Below, in pieces: positions 29,777-41,108 of a stretch of DNA of 64,000 nucleotides. A model generated the notes under the pieces. The model was not told the origin of the DNA and did no database searches. It saw only the letters and a list, made by a program, of their open reading frames with translations. The stretch spans positions 2,394 to 66,393 of the forward strand of contig CAWASW010000007.1 in the NCBI GenBank assembly GCA_963784785.1, in the 5' to 3' direction. Position numbers and translations under genes: made by a program. Position 1 is the stretch's first letter. Each line of letters begins with the position of its first letter. The DNA comes from Candidatus Woesebacteria bacterium (lineage in GTDB: Bacteria; Patescibacteriota; Microgenomatia; UBA8517).

Positions 29777-30529
29777 ATGGACGACACCTTACAAAAGACA
29801 CTGTCACTACTTGGTTGCAACAATCTAGAAACAAGAATATTTATAACATCCTTCAAATTAGGACCGAACAAAATTCCAGAAATCGCAAGAAACTCACATA
29901 TCAAGAGATCAACTGCATATCTTTTAATTAATAATTTAATTGATAGAGGATTACTTATGGAAGATCACAAAGGATATGCAAATAACGTTTATACTATCGA
30001 TCCAGATCAATTATTGAAGAAGCTAAGCAACAGACAAAGAATTTTTAGAAGACAAGAGATTGAATTAGAAGAAAATATTCCTACTATGAGAACTCTTTAC
30101 CAAGCCTCTGAAATTCATCCAAAGGTAAGGATGTACCAAGGCAATCTTGGACTTCTTGCTGTATGGAAAGATATTTTATCAACCAAAGATGAAATATTAT
30201 TATGGACTAATCAACAAACTGAAAATAAATTTTTTGGAGATGAAAATCATAATAAATTTATATCTGAGAGATTAAATAAAAAGATAAAAATAAAAGTCTT
30301 AACTACAAATAACGAAGAAGGAGCAAAACTTCAAAAACTAGATAATGAAAACTTAAGACAAACAAAAATCTTGCCTAAGGATACAGAATTTTCTGCCGAA
30401 ACCTATATTTATGAAAATAAAGTAGCGACCCTTGACTACAATAAGGATATTATTGGTATAATTACAGAAAGTAAACCTATTGCAGAATTCCACAAGTCAA
30501 TTTTTAATCAAACTTGGAATTTGATTTAA
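29777..30529 (+). CDS. TrmB-family-like transcriptional regulator
   Basis: N-terminal wHTH pattern (LGCNNLETRIFITSFKLGPNKIPEIARNSHIKRSTAYLLINNLIDRGLL) resembles TrmB regulators; the C-terminal domain is unknown. Confidence 0.45.
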   Translation: MDDTLQKTLSLLGCNNLETRIFITSFKLGPNKIPEIARNSHIKRSTAYLLINNLIDRGLLMEDHKGYANNVYTIDPDQLLKKLSNRQRIFRRQEIELEENIPTMRTLYQASEIHPKVRMYQGNLGLLAVWKDILSTKDEILLWTNQQTENKFFGDENHNKFISERLNKKIKIKVLTTNNEEGAKLQKLDNENLRQTKILPKDTEFSAETYIYENKVATLDYNKDIIGIITESKPIAEFHKSIFNQTWNLI

Positions 30530-30534
30530 AAAAA

Positions 30535-30957
30535 TTACTTTGCAAAGGCAATGACAATTGCCCCAATAGTCATTAAAATTGACCCTAAAATTACTTGAAG
30601 TGATATCTTTTCCCCTAAGATTATTCCAGCCAAGATTATAGTTAAAACCAAGCTCAACTTATCAATTGGAACAACTTTAGAGGCGCTTCCAACTTTTAGG
30701 GCATAAAAGTAAAATAGCCATGAAAACCCTGTTGCAATTCCAGATAGAACCAAGAAGAGCATGCTATTCTTGCTTATATTGTGAATCGAGTTTTGAGACC
30801 CCTGAAAAAAGACAATTCCCCAAGTAAAAATTAATATAACTGAGGTTCTAATTGCTGTTGCTAAATTACTATCAACATTTTTAATACCAATTTTAGCCAA
30901 AATTGAAGTTAATGCTGCGAAAACGGCCGAAAAGAATGCTGCGAAATACCATGTCAT
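30535..30957 (-). CDS. EamA-like small DMT-superfamily membrane protein (4 TM)
   Basis: 140 aa, four TM helices, EamA-type half-transporter pattern. Confidence 0.55.
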   Translation of the reverse strand: MTWYFAAFFSAVFAALTSILAKIGIKNVDSNLATAIRTSVILIFTWGIVFFQGSQNSIHNISKNSMLFLVLSGIATGFSWLFYFYALKVGSASKVVPIDKLSLVLTIILAGIILGEKISLQVILGSILMTIGAIVIAFAK

Positions 30958-30994
30958 GGTATTAATGTTATCATTTTTGTATTAATATGATTAT

Positions 30995-31384
30995 ATGGAG
31001 TTTTTAAAGACTTACGCCATATCACTTCTTGTTCTTTTTCCAATTGACGTAGTCTGGCTTACTCTAACCAAGAAAATATATGACAACTGGCTTTCACCTT
31101 TTCAAAGAACATTAAACATTCCAGCAGCAGCGCTTGTTTATTTGTTCATTCCTTTTGGTCTTGTATATTTAGTTATCTCGAAGCATGTAGGCGAATCTCC
31201 AAACCTAAAAATAATTTTGGAAGCCTTTGTTTATGGTGTTTGTTCATATAGTGTCTACGACCTAACAAATCTAGCGACACTTAAAAACTGGAGTATTCCA
31301 ATGGTTATTACAGATATCAACTGGGGCGGGGTACTTTGTAGTTTGGTTACATTCTTTACACTATATGCAATTAATAAATTTTAG
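30995..31384 (+). CDS. small integral membrane protein (DUF2177-like)
   Basis: 129 aa, 4 TM, compositionally coding. Confidence 0.4.
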   Translation: MEFLKTYAISLLVLFPIDVVWLTLTKKIYDNWLSPFQRTLNIPAAALVYLFIPFGLVYLVISKHVGESPNLKIILEAFVYGVCSYSVYDLTNLATLKNWSIPMVITDINWGGVLCSLVTFFTLYAINKF

Positions 31385-32111
31385 TTTATTAACTTTACTT
31401 GTTATTTTTGTCTTCATGAATTTATTCTTTTTTGTTTCCCTTTACTTAAAGAAAAAGGACATTGCAGACTTTGCATGGGGAATAGGATTTGTTGTAATTT
31501 CAATTTTCAACCTATTTGTTTCTAAGGATTTTCAACAAACAAAAATTATTTTGACTTTCCTAATCTTTTTATGGGGTGCAAGGCTGGCTACATATATTTT
31601 CATTAGAAACAGAGTTAAGAAGGAAGACTTCAGATACACAAATTTTAAAAATTCCTATCTTACAGTCTTTATTTTTCAAGGTCTTTTAATGTTTTTAGTT
31701 GCACTTCCTGTAACTTTATACAACAGATTTGATGGGGGAGTAGCCTTATTTAGTTTTATTGGTCTTCTTGTTTGGGTACTAGGCTTTTATTTTGAAACTG
31801 TAGGGGATATCCAAATGTACTTATTTAAAAAAGATATTAAAAATAAGGGTAGGGTCATGAATCAAGGGTTATGGCAATACACAAGGCACCCAAATTATTT
31901 TGGAGAAGTTACTATGTGGTGGGGAATTTGGATATTAACTATTGGATCAACATATTGGTATTTAGGTCTAATTGGACCTCTTACCATTACCTATTTAATT
32001 ACCAAAGTTTCAGGCATTCCACTTTTGGAGAAAAAGTATGAAGGTAACAAGGAATTTGAAAAGTATAAATCAAAAACATCCGTCTTCTTACCTTGGTTTT
32101 CTAGGGGGTAA
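31365..32111 (+). CDS. DUF1295 / steroid 5-alpha-reductase-like membrane protein
   Basis: C-terminal YTRHPNYFGEVTMWWGIW is the DUF1295 / ICMT-like signature. Confidence 0.6.
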   Translation: MQLINFSLLTLLVIFVFMNLFFFVSLYLKKKDIADFAWGIGFVVISIFNLFVSKDFQQTKIILTFLIFLWGARLATYIFIRNRVKKEDFRYTNFKNSYLTVFIFQGLLMFLVALPVTLYNRFDGGVALFSFIGLLVWVLGFYFETVGDIQMYLFKKDIKNKGRVMNQGLWQYTRHPNYFGEVTMWWGIWILTIGSTYWYLGLIGPLTITYLITKVSGIPLLEKKYEGNKEFEKYKSKTSVFLPWFSRG

Positions 32112-32463
32112 TTACAATCTTACTAATTTTTCCGTTGTTGTAAATAGTAGATATTTTTGTGTAAAAGTTAACAACTTGGAAAGAGTACTTACACCAAAAG
32201 AACAGAGATCTAGAGATAAATGGAGAGAAAAAGGTCGACTCGCAGAAATTCAAGTCGAAAATGGTTGGTCAAGAGAAGAATTAGCTCTCCATTTTCAACA
32301 AGAAGCCGAAGCAAAATTTACAAGCGAACTAATCAAACCAACTGAACCAAAAATAATTTATAATTCTGCAGACATAGTTCTAGCATACCTAACCCCACCA
32401 AAAAGAAAGAAAAAAATGACTTCAGTTGAAATTATACGATAATTTTGATATACTATAAGTCAT

Positions 32464-32724
32464 ATGGATGGGCAAAAAAAGCTCTGCACTGAATGTGAGG
32501 CATTGGGTTATTGTAAAGCAATAGCGTCTGTGCTTTGGGAACAAAATCACGCGCTAAAATTGGCAGGATTGATTGCACAATTAAGAAGAGAGGGTGGCGA
32601 TGTTTCAGCAAATGTCGAAAAAGAAGAAGTCACAGCACTAACAGGTGAATCATTAGATAGACTGACAGCATCCACCAAAGCCGTGGCCAGAAGCAAAGGA
32701 TGCCCTAATACTCACTTAATTTAA
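32464..32724 (+). CDS. hypothetical protein (86 aa), doubtful
   Basis: ORF in a relatively GC-rich spacer upstream of gyrA with no SD; it could instead be non-coding or regulatory. Confidence 0.25.
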   Translation: MDGQKKLCTECEALGYCKAIASVLWEQNHALKLAGLIAQLRREGGDVSANVEKEEVTALTGESLDRLTASTKAVARSKGCPNTHLI

Positions 32725-32851
32725 GTATACAAACCCACATAAACACTTCCTCTTGCTTCAAGAAAAATTACCAGCTACAATGTTCAAGCTAGAGTGTTTG
32801 CGTTGTCGTTTTAACTATACGCTATACCCTATGCACTAAACCCTATTTATT

Positions 32852-35470
32852 ATGGATATTGGCAAGATTAAAATCGCAGAAATAACTTCAGAGCTTTCTA
32901 AGTCTTACGTTGATTACGCAATGAGCGTTATCGTTGCCCGCGCGCTACCTGACGTTAAAGACGGCTTGAAACCAGTTCATAGAAGAATTCTTTATGCAAT
33001 GAGTCAGATGGGTCTTAAGCACTCTGGTCCTTCTACAAAATCAGCCAAAGTCGTCGGAGAAGTTTTAGGTAAATATCATCCTCATGGCGACACTGCGGTT
33101 TACGACACAATGGTTCGTCTGGCACAAGATTTCTCAATGAGGTATCCACTTGTTAGAGGGCAGGGAAACTTTGGATCAGTCGATGGTGACTCTGCAGCTG
33201 CCATGAGGTACACAGAAGTAAAACTGTCTGCAATTTCAGAATATTTACTCGCTGATATTGAAAAGGATACTGTCGACTATATTGATAACTTTGATGCAAC
33301 TTTAAAGGAACCTGTTTTTATGCCTGCACTTTTGCCTAATTTATTGTTAATGGGCTCTGAAGGTATTGCAGTTGGTATGGCAACAAAGATTCCGCCTCAT
33401 AATTTATCAGAAGTAATTGACGCTATTAACTCCATGATTAAAAAGGGAAGAGTAACAATCGAAGATCAGGCTGCTCACGATACTGAAAATGAGTTTGTAA
33501 TCAAGAAAATTAATTTGATTGCAGCAGGAGAAGCAAAAACTTTCACACAAGAAGAGGTAGATCCAAAATCAATTTCTTTTGAGACAGATTCAACAATCGA
33601 TGAGATCACTGATATTCTCCCAGGACCTGATTTTCCTACAGGCGGAGCTATCTATGATGCCAATTCTCTAAAAGATGTTTATGCAAGTGGTCGAGGAAGA
33701 ATCGTTGTCAGAGGTATTGCAGAAATTGAAGATACAGGAAAGCGCTCTCAAATTATTATTTCTGAAATTCCATACCAAGTCAATAAAGCTGAGATGGTAG
33801 CCAAAATTGCTGAACTTGTGAAAGACAAAAAGCTTATTGGAATTTCAGATCTTCGTGACGAATCAGACAAAGATGGTATGAGAGTTGTTATTGAACTTAA
33901 GAAAGATGCCAAGCCAAAATCAGTCTTAAACAATATCTATAAACACACAAGACTTCAAACTACATTTCCTGCCAACTTTGTTGCCCTTGTTGATGGAACA
34001 CCACACACTTTAAACCTTAAGCAAATATTAGTTGAGTACATTAAACACAGACAAAAAGTAGTAGTCAGAAGGACAATTTTTGAACTTACTGAAGCCAAAA
34101 GAAGAGCGCATATATTAGAAGGACTTAAAATTGCACTTGATAACCTAGATGCTGTAATTAAAACAATAAGAGAGTCAAAGACTCAGGATGAAGCAAAGAC
34201 AAACTTAAAAGAGAGATTTAAATTGTCTGAAATTCAAGCGATAGCCATTCTTGATATGCAACTTAGGCGTCTTGCAGCACTTGAAAGAGAAAAAATTGAA
34301 AAAGAATATCAAGAATTAAAGAAATTAATTGATGAACTTATAGCAATCCTAAAAGACCCTCAAAGAATTTTAACAATTATCACGACAGAACTTGCAGAAC
34401 TTAAAGCTAAGTTCGGAGATTCCAGAAGAACCAAGATATACAAAAGTAAAATTGGAGAATTTAGCGAAGAAGATTTAGTTGCCAAGGAGGATGTTTTAGT
34501 AACTGTAACTAAAACTGGATACATCAAAAGAGTTGCAAAAAATACGTACAAAGCTCAAAGAAGAGGCGGCAAAGGTGTAATTGGAATGGTTACCAAAGAG
34601 GAAGATGAGATAGACCATTTAGTAACAGCTTCCACTCATGATCAAATTCTATTCTTTACTAATAAAGGTCGCGTTTTTGGCGCAAAAGCATTCGAGATTC
34701 CAGAGTCATCAAGACAAGCAAAAGGACAGGCACTTGTTAATTTCTTGAATCTTGAAGCAGGGGAAGTCATTAAATCAATACTACCTGTCAATAAAGAATT
34801 GAAAGCTAAACATTTGATATTAGCAACAGCATCAGGTGTTATCAAAAAGACAGAACTTAAACAATTTGAGAATTTAAGGTCAAGTGGACTTATTGCAATT
34901 AAATTGCAGGGGACTGATAGTTTGATTTCAGCACATCTTTCATTTGGAAGTGATAACGTCATGCTTTTAACTAAAAAAGGGATGTCTATTAGATTCCCTG
35001 AAGCAAATGTTAGACCTATGGGCAGAGCCACAACAGGTGTAACTGGTGTTAAATTTGAGGCAGGGGACAACTTAATCGGAATGGAAGTCTTCCCTGACAA
35101 ATTAGAAGTACCAGAAGATAAAAGGAAGAAAGTCTTTAGAGATGTATTAACTTTATCAATTCATGGTCTTGGCAAGAGAACCAGATTTGATCTTTTCCCA
35201 ATGCAAAAAAGAGCAGGAAAAGGAGTTAAAGCTTGTGTAGTAACTGATAAAACAGGGGACTTAGCTTGCGCTGCAATGGTTACTGAAAATTCTGATCAAT
35301 TGGTCATAACGTCTAAAAAGGGACAAGTTATTAAATTGCCTGTTAAAAACATTCCACAGTTAGGTAGGGCAACACAAGGAGTTATCATCATGAGATTTGC
35401 AAATAAAGGAGACACCATCGCCGCCGCCACAGTCCTAGCCAAAACTGGCGATGAGGAAGAAGAAAATTGA
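32852..35470 (+). CDS. gyrA: DNA gyrase subunit A
   Basis: 872 aa with the active-site Tyr region [10 protein letters not shown], a QRDR-like [17 protein letters not shown], and C-terminal beta-pinwheel repeats. Confidence 0.95.
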   Translation: MDIGKIKIAEITSELSKSYVDYAMSVIVARALPDVKDGLKPVHRRILYAMSQMGLKHSGPSTKSAKVVGEVLGKYHPHGDTAVYDTMVRLAQDFSMRYPLVRGQGNFGSVDGDSAAAMRYTEVKLSAISEYLLADIEKDTVDYIDNFDATLKEPVFMPALLPNLLLMGSEGIAVGMATKIPPHNLSEVIDAINSMIKKGRVTIEDQAAHDTENEFVIKKINLIAAGEAKTFTQEEVDPKSISFETDSTIDEITDILPGPDFPTGGAIYDANSLKDVYASGRGRIVVRGIAEIEDTGKRSQIIISEIPYQVNKAEMVAKIAELVKDKKLIGISDLRDESDKDGMRVVIELKKDAKPKSVLNNIYKHTRLQTTFPANFVALVDGTPHTLNLKQILVEYIKHRQKVVVRRTIFELTEAKRRAHILEGLKIALDNLDAVIKTIRESKTQDEAKTNLKERFKLSEIQAIAILDMQLRRLAALEREKIEKEYQELKKLIDELIAILKDPQRILTIITTELAELKAKFGDSRRTKIYKSKIGEFSEEDLVAKEDVLVTVTKTGYIKRVAKNTYKAQRRGGKGVIGMVTKEEDEIDHLVTASTHDQILFFTNKGRVFGAKAFEIPESSRQAKGQALVNFLNLEAGEVIKSILPVNKELKAKHLILATASGVIKKTELKQFENLRSSGLIAIKLQGTDSLISAHLSFGSDNVMLLTKKGMSIRFPEANVRPMGRATTGVTGVKFEAGDNLIGMEVFPDKLEVPEDKRKKVFRDVLTLSIHGLGKRTRFDLFPMQKRAGKGVKACVVTDKTGDLACAAMVTENSDQLVITSKKGQVIKLPVKNIPQLGRATQGVIIMRFANKGDTIAAATVLAKTGDEEEEN

Positions 35471-36213
35471 TGCGAATCAATATGCCAATTAACGAGCCGA
35501 TAGAAGTATCCTCTCCACATGTTCAAAAGATATGGGACCTAAATCAGGACAAATTAATTTGGGAAGACTCTGAAACTCAAAAAAAAGCAGAGGAAATAAT
35601 TCTTGTCGCAACTCCTGACAAGAATATTCTACATAAATTGGAAGAAAAATCTGTCTGTCAGGTTGACTTGGACGATAAAGACCCAGGATCTATGCCAAGA
35701 TGGCGAAGGTTGGTTTCACTCGATGCAATTGCAAGACAATCCTTCTTAGACAACGTTAATCCACTTCAAATAAGAGAAATAATGTTTTTAGATTATAGAA
35801 ATGAGAAACAACGAGAAAATAATGATGCTCAACGTGCCGAAACTGTATTTAATGATGACGGAACGATATCTATAAGAATTTTTTATCAACAGCAATTTCT
35901 TACTGAGGACGTGGATTTATTTAATGCAATAGATTCGGCACACGAAGCAAAACATTTTACACAAATCGTAAGTGGAAGATTAACCAAACAAGACCTACCA
36001 GATATACATGGAAGTTACAAAAAAGTAAACGAACTATCCAAAAAAGATAACGAACATAAAGTACTTCAACCGTCAACCTTGAAATGGTACAAAAGATATT
36101 ACGGTAATAAAGGACTTGCACATTGGGCTAAAGTAGAGGCTGTAGTAAGTTCTATTGAAATTGCCAAAACAATGGATTATCTAGATTTAAGTTTGTTAGA
36201 TAAAAGTAATTAA
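35467..36213 (+). CDS. hypothetical protein (248 aa) translationally coupled to gyrA
   Basis: Its ATG overlaps the gyrA TGA (ATGA); no recognisable domain. Confidence 0.45.
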   Translation: MMRINMPINEPIEVSSPHVQKIWDLNQDKLIWEDSETQKKAEEIILVATPDKNILHKLEEKSVCQVDLDDKDPGSMPRWRRLVSLDAIARQSFLDNVNPLQIREIMFLDYRNEKQRENNDAQRAETVFNDDGTISIRIFYQQQFLTEDVDLFNAIDSAHEAKHFTQIVSGRLTKQDLPDIHGSYKKVNELSKKDNEHKVLQPSTLKWYKRYYGNKGLAHWAKVEAVVSSIEIAKTMDYLDLSLLDKSN

Positions 36214-36905
36214 ATAGTTGAAGTACTCAAAGTTGGAGCGAAAAAGTTAGATACTATAATCAGTGGACTTTCGACCTTACTGTCTTTTTCATCAGAAGTT
36301 CTATTATATTTTACTTTACTTGCGATATCTCGAATTACGTTACCAACTACCTTCTTGGCATTTAAAGCATCGTTTCTTGTCGCGGAATCTAATTTTAGTG
36401 TTAGGATTGCATCCAATTTCATTGATACAAAATAGATTTCGGTAAAATCGGCTGGATCAAAATTTTCTATATTATTTAAAGCAGCCACTGCCATTTCAAT
36501 AGCGCTATCAACCTCGGCCAAAACAGACTCTGCTTCTTGAACATCCTCTTTTATAACTGCTTCAAATCTTGCATCTAACTCTTTTTGGCTTATTATTCCA
36601 TTATTGACTGCATATCTTTCAATCTCTTGGTATTTTGCAATATTTACTTCATTTTTACTTCTTCCAGCTTCGACCTTTGCTCTCACTACAACACCTTTCA
36701 CAACCTCGTTAATAGATTCGTTATATTTTATTAACTGTTCTTCGGTCAATTTTTCAGGCATGGCTGACATAGTAGCAGTTCCAATTTTATTTTCATCATT
36801 AATCAAAGCGTTCGTAGCCTTAAACGACAAATCAAGACTTTTTAATGGAGGGGTAACAGAACTATCTAAAGCAGCTCTTACTTTTTCACCCATATAATCA
36901 CTCAT
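36210..36905 (-). CDS. hypothetical coiled-coil protein
   Basis: Start trimmed to MSDYMGEK, preceded by TTGACA-N17-AATTAT. It is convergent with the previous gene and shares the overlapping stop TTAA. Confidence 0.4.
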   Translation of the reverse strand: MSDYMGEKVRAALDSSVTPPLKSLDLSFKATNALINDENKIGTATMSAMPEKLTEEQLIKYNESINEVVKGVVVRAKVEAGRSKNEVNIAKYQEIERYAVNNGIISQKELDARFEAVIKEDVQEAESVLAEVDSAIEMAVAALNNIENFDPADFTEIYFVSMKLDAILTLKLDSATRNDALNAKKVVGNVIRDIASKVKYNRTSDEKDSKVESPLIIVSNFFAPTLSTSTI

Positions 36906-36996
36906 ATAAACAACATAATTACAAAGATTCAATTTAATGTCAACAGTTAACTAAGCAAAAGCGGGGTGGGAATTGTGAGGTTAGTTTATCTGTTTG

Positions 36997-37128
36997 TTAA
37001 TAAAATTCTTCTTTAGAAGGTAATTTTCCAATTTTTTCGTCCAATTTTGCGTCAATTTGAGTTTCAATTGCGTCATCTAACAAAATTTTGATTTTCTTTA
37101 ACAACTTAACTTCATCATAACCATTCAT
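36997..37128 (-). CDS. small hypothetical protein (43 aa)
   Basis: MNGYDEVKLLKKIKILLDDAIETQIDAKLDEKIGKLPSKEEFY, acidic and helical; not in the supplied track. Confidence 0.25.
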   Translation of the reverse strand: MNGYDEVKLLKKIKILLDDAIETQIDAKLDEKIGKLPSKEEFY

Positions 37129-37182
37129 AATTATATTAAATCACTTCTTGAAATTACAGTCAATTGAGTTATAGTTAAATCA

Positions 37183-37932
37183 ATGAGATTCAACTACGTT
37201 ATGAAGCGATTTATTAGCATAGTCTTATTCTTTGTACTTCTATTTTTATATTCAAAATTTGGGCCGAGTCTTCCAATTTCTGTTCTTACTCAAACCAAAG
37301 GTGAACCAATGATGGTAACTGAAACAGGAAAAGTAACGGTCGTACCGGATATCGCAAAAGTAAGTTTTGGCATAGAAGCACAGGGTCAGATCCTGAAACA
37401 AGTTCAGGATAGTGTAAACACAAAATCTAAAAAACTAACAGATGCACTTAAAAAATTAGGAATAGATGAAAAAGATATCAAAACAACTAATTACTCAGTA
37501 AATCCAGAATACGACTATCAAACAAGTCCATACAAAATAAATGGCTATAGAGTATCTACAAATTATGAAATAAAGATTACCGACTTTGAAAAGGTCAACG
37601 ACGCATTAACAATAGCTACAGAGTCAGGCGCAAATGTAATAGGCAATATAAGCTTTGAAGTTAACGATAAATCAAAGGAAGAAATGACCCAAAAAGCTCG
37701 TGAAGAAGCTGTCAAATTAGCCAAAACCAAGGCTGAAGGAATAGCTAAAGCTGCAGGAATTACATTAGGTAAAATTATTAATGTCACAGAATCTACTGGC
37801 TTCAATTACCCAATGATGTATGATACAAAATTAGCAATTGCTGGAAATGGAGCAGAACCAATAGCAGCAAACGTAGCACCTGGAGAAACAGAAATATCAG
37901 TAACAGTCAGTCTTTCCTACGAAATTCGTTAA
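37183..37932 (+). CDS. SIMPL-domain (DUF541) periplasmic protein
   Basis: 249 aa with a signal anchor; the pattern VTVVPDIAKVSFGIEAQG...YRVSTNYEIKI matches the SIMPL / 26-kDa periplasmic immunogenic protein family. Confidence 0.65.
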   Translation: MRFNYVMKRFISIVLFFVLLFLYSKFGPSLPISVLTQTKGEPMMVTETGKVTVVPDIAKVSFGIEAQGQILKQVQDSVNTKSKKLTDALKKLGIDEKDIKTTNYSVNPEYDYQTSPYKINGYRVSTNYEIKITDFEKVNDALTIATESGANVIGNISFEVNDKSKEEMTQKAREEAVKLAKTKAEGIAKAAGITLGKIINVTESTGFNYPMMYDTKLAIAGNGAEPIAANVAPGETEISVTVSLSYEIR

Positions 37933-37966
37933 TCTCTTCATAATATGTTAGGTATATAATTGCCAA

Positions 37967-38926
37967 ATGAAAAAGTCACTACTTGTTATTATAGGGGCAA
38001 CAGGAGATCTGGCTATTAAAAAGATTTTTCCAATCCTTAAAAACATTGACAACTTAAATGTAGCTACATATTCGAGGAAAAAACCAGACACACCGCATCA
38101 CTCGATAATTGGAGAATTAGATAATTTAACCCCTGTTGATAAATATCTTAAAGAGTTTAATTTTGATAGTGTATATTTTTACGTTGCTTTGCCACCTAGT
38201 TTGTACTTTAATTTTATTAAAAATGTTTACCGAGATTTAGCAACTAAGAATATTAGAATTGCACTTGAGAAACCGTTTGGCTCGTCATATTCAGAGGCAA
38301 AAAAAATAGCTAAGATTATAAAAAAATACGGTGAACAAAACTTCTATTTAGTTGACCACTACGCAGCAAAAGAATCAATATTAAAGTTTGTTGACAGGAG
38401 AAGTGATATTGTAAATAAAAAAATTCAATCAGTAGAGATATCGATCTCAGAAACTGAAAGACTAGAAAAAAGAGGTGCTTTTTTTGACCAAGTTGGAATT
38501 ATAAAGGACACTGTTCAAAATCACATGTTATTATTAGCCCAAAAAGTATTAGACAAAGAGATAAACATACACAACTTTACAGTTAAACCAGAGACTATAA
38601 TTCTAGGTCAATTCGAAGGATACAAAAACATTGAAGGTGTTCATCCAGAATCAAATACACATACCTATTTTAAAGCAACGTTCTTACATGAAGACATGGA
38701 ATTTAAACTTTTTTCTGCAAAAGCACAAGATAAGAATGAAAAACATGTAAAAATTACTTTTACTGACAAAACTCAGCACATAATTTACATTGATGAAATG
38801 TCTGAATTTGGAAAAACTCCTCATGAACAAATCATCAAAGATTTCGTTTCCGACTCTAAAAAGCTATCTATCAATATTGATGATGCTTTAAACCAATGGG
38901 GGATTGTCGAACAATTACAAATTTGA
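37967..38926 (+). CDS. glucose-6-phosphate dehydrogenase-like protein (short)
   Basis: GATGDLA(I)KK NADP-binding motif, EKPFG and DHYAAKE (compare G6PD DHYLGKE), but only 319 aa. Confidence 0.5.
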   Translation: MKKSLLVIIGATGDLAIKKIFPILKNIDNLNVATYSRKKPDTPHHSIIGELDNLTPVDKYLKEFNFDSVYFYVALPPSLYFNFIKNVYRDLATKNIRIALEKPFGSSYSEAKKIAKIIKKYGEQNFYLVDHYAAKESILKFVDRRSDIVNKKIQSVEISISETERLEKRGAFFDQVGIIKDTVQNHMLLLAQKVLDKEINIHNFTVKPETIILGQFEGYKNIEGVHPESNTHTYFKATFLHEDMEFKLFSAKAQDKNEKHVKITFTDKTQHIIYIDEMSEFGKTPHEQIIKDFVSDSKKLSINIDDALNQWGIVEQLQI

Positions 38927-39919
38927 TTTAATATATTCCTTGATATTTACTCCATCTTTAGGGACAAGGATATAGGCTCCTTGTGCGCTTTTGCTATTTT
39001 GCAAAACATTTTCATCTGATAAACCAATGTAAGAAATTGCATAATCCAAAGGACTACCAATTTCAGCAAGCATACTCTTTACTGATTCAACAGTAAAATC
39101 AGTTTTAACAAAATCTAATGCAGCAGCAACTGAAGAAACATTTGCCTTCTGAAGAATGGCTTTTAATACCTCGAATTGGTGTCGAGAACGTTCGAAATCA
39201 TTGCCTCCGTGGCGGCTCCTAACGTATTTTAAAGCCTCTACTCCTATCATTTCATGTAGTCCTACACCATATGAAATTGTTTCATATCTACAAGTAAATT
39301 GTTTCTCTAATTCAAAGCCTGTGTATTTCAAATGAACATCTGCAATTTGCTCATTACTCATCCCACACATTTCATTTTCTTTGCCTCTGACGGGGTAAAA
39401 ATTATCTGTATAGGCTTTTTTGACATCAACTGTAATTCCACCAATTGAATCAACCATTTTTTCAAAAGAAGAAAAATCAATAGAAACAGAATTTGATATA
39501 GGTAGTCCTGTAACACCTGTTAAAGCATCTTTAAGAGAAGGATCCGCATTTATTTTATGTCCAGAAAACCAAAAGTCACGAGGAAATGAAACTAAACTTG
39601 CCTTTTTATCAGTTACATTAACATGGACAACAATTATGGCATCCATCAAACCACCACCAGAGTGATTAGCTCCACCATGTCCTGTTAAAAGTATATTAAA
39701 AGTTTTAGCCTCTGGAGTTGTGACTCTTTCTTCTTCTATTAAAACAGATAGGGGGTAGTTAGTTGTAATTTTTGGTTCAGTAACAGCTTGCTTCTTAAAA
39801 AGTTTCGTATAACCAAACGCCCCCATCAACATTCCTGTAAAAAACACCAGAGTAACCATAGCCATAACCCTAACCGGAACATTATCAAGAATTTGTTGTA
39901 TTGTGGGATGTACTTTCAC
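38915..39919 (-). CDS. LytR-CpsA-Psr (LCP) family protein
   Basis: N-terminal TM segment, then LLTGHGG...LMDAIIVVHVN...VSFPRD typical of the LCP fold. Confidence 0.6.
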   Translation of the reverse strand: MKVHPTIQQILDNVPVRVMAMVTLVFFTGMLMGAFGYTKLFKKQAVTEPKITTNYPLSVLIEEERVTTPEAKTFNILLTGHGGANHSGGGLMDAIIVVHVNVTDKKASLVSFPRDFWFSGHKINADPSLKDALTGVTGLPISNSVSIDFSSFEKMVDSIGGITVDVKKAYTDNFYPVRGKENEMCGMSNEQIADVHLKYTGFELEKQFTCRYETISYGVGLHEMIGVEALKYVRSRHGGNDFERSRHQFEVLKAILQKANVSSVAAALDFVKTDFTVESVKSMLAEIGSPLDYAISYIGLSDENVLQNSKSAQGAYILVPKDGVNIKEYIKSNL

Positions 39920-39936
39920 AAAGTAAGTATATCAAA

Positions 39937-40701
39937 TTAATTTGCGACGTTTACTCTCTTAAATGTATCATTTGAATTTTTATCTGCTACATACATAGTT
40001 AACCCATACTCAGTACACGCAGCTTTATTAAAATCCACAACTGATTGCATTGCTTGCACAACAGATCCTGTTTTGAGTTTCCCTAAAAATTCGTCTTCCA
40101 GAACCTTAATATCTCTACGTATGTTTTCAGCAGACAAATTATTTGGAGTAACTGATGTTTTTAATAATAGTATTCTATTATTATCTCCATATGAAATCAT
40201 CGAAACTTGTTGCTCAGGATTTGACAGTAAAGAAATAAAATCAGATCCACTAAAACCGTGTGCAGTTAGGTAAGCTTCTTTACCTGAAGGATGAGTATGA
40301 ACAAGACCGATCCTTGCGAAATCTCTAGATCTTGATGTGTCAGGTGGTGTCCAATCTGTAATTACTTGACCGTGAGTACCCACACATATTTTATTTGCAA
40401 ATTGTAATTTTTGATTTCGAGCATCAACAAATAATGGCCGTGAATGTTCGACACCGAGTTCCTTAGACCTCTTAGACAGATCTTCTACTATATCGTGCCA
40501 ACCTTTTATTTCTATTGTATCGGGACGATTATATGACGGAACCGAAATGCCCCCCCCTACAGTACCCAACGAGATTAGAACTTGTCGAATTCTCAAGGAT
40601 TCCCAATTTCTTGGTTTCGTCATCTCATCTAACGTCTTTTTATCTTCAGGGTGAATTCGTTCAATCTTATATGGTTTATCATCAAAAAAGAAATCTGACA
40701 T
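39937..40701 (-). CDS. hypothetical protein with JAB/MPN-like (RadC-like) metalloprotease motif
   Basis: IGLVHTHPSGKEAYLTAHGFSGSDFISLL resembles the HxHPSG...SxxD JAMM motif, but with longer spacing between the His pair and SxxD than canonical. Confidence 0.35.
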   Translation of the reverse strand: MSDFFFDDKPYKIERIHPEDKKTLDEMTKPRNWESLRIRQVLISLGTVGGGISVPSYNRPDTIEIKGWHDIVEDLSKRSKELGVEHSRPLFVDARNQKLQFANKICVGTHGQVITDWTPPDTSRSRDFARIGLVHTHPSGKEAYLTAHGFSGSDFISLLSNPEQQVSMISYGDNNRILLLKTSVTPNNLSAENIRRDIKVLEDEFLGKLKTGSVVQAMQSVVDFNKAACTEYGLTMYVADKNSNDTFKRVNVAN

Positions 40702-40709
40702 AATTAATT

Positions 40710-41105
40710 TTACAATTTTTTAAACTTAAATCCACCTGATTTGGAAAGCTTATGGGTTTTACTACCTCCGCGAGATTCATAGACTTCCTCCGTATCCACC
40801 CCAACTGTTGAAGAGCCATGTTTTCGTATAGTGTTTAAACTTGGACTTCCAACTCCAGCTAAGTCAATCATTTCATCATTTTCTTCAAGTGAAAGATGGG
40901 TGACATCGCTAGGTTGGACATGAGAGGGGAGTGAACCTAGTGGAAAATAAACAACTTCTCCAGTAGTTTCATCAAGTGCCTCAACAACTCTCACTTGTCT
41001 TTCTTGTGCAGAAATTTTACCTAAATTGAGTGCTGTTATTTTATGAAAAGGTTTACCAACAACTTCTGCTTGAATAATTAATGTATGTCCATCATCCTTT
41101 GACAC
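40710..41105 (-). CDS. hypothetical protein (131 aa)
   Basis: No recognisable domain; internal ...VYESRGG followed by a basic tail; coupled to the JAB-like gene. Confidence 0.4.
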   Translation of the reverse strand: MSKDDGHTLIIQAEVVGKPFHKITALNLGKISAQERQVRVVEALDETTGEVVYFPLGSLPSHVQPSDVTHLSLEENDEMIDLAGVGSPSLNTIRKHGSSTVGVDTEEVYESRGGSKTHKLSKSGGFKFKKL

Positions 41106-41108
41106 AAT

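Noticed and set aside
32038-32442. 134-aa ORF starting inside the DUF1295 gene and running to 32442
   Set aside because: The first 25 codons are out-of-frame overlap with a solid gene. The remainder has no ATG or GTG with an SD. A short gene starting at an internal TTG cannot be excluded, but support is poor.
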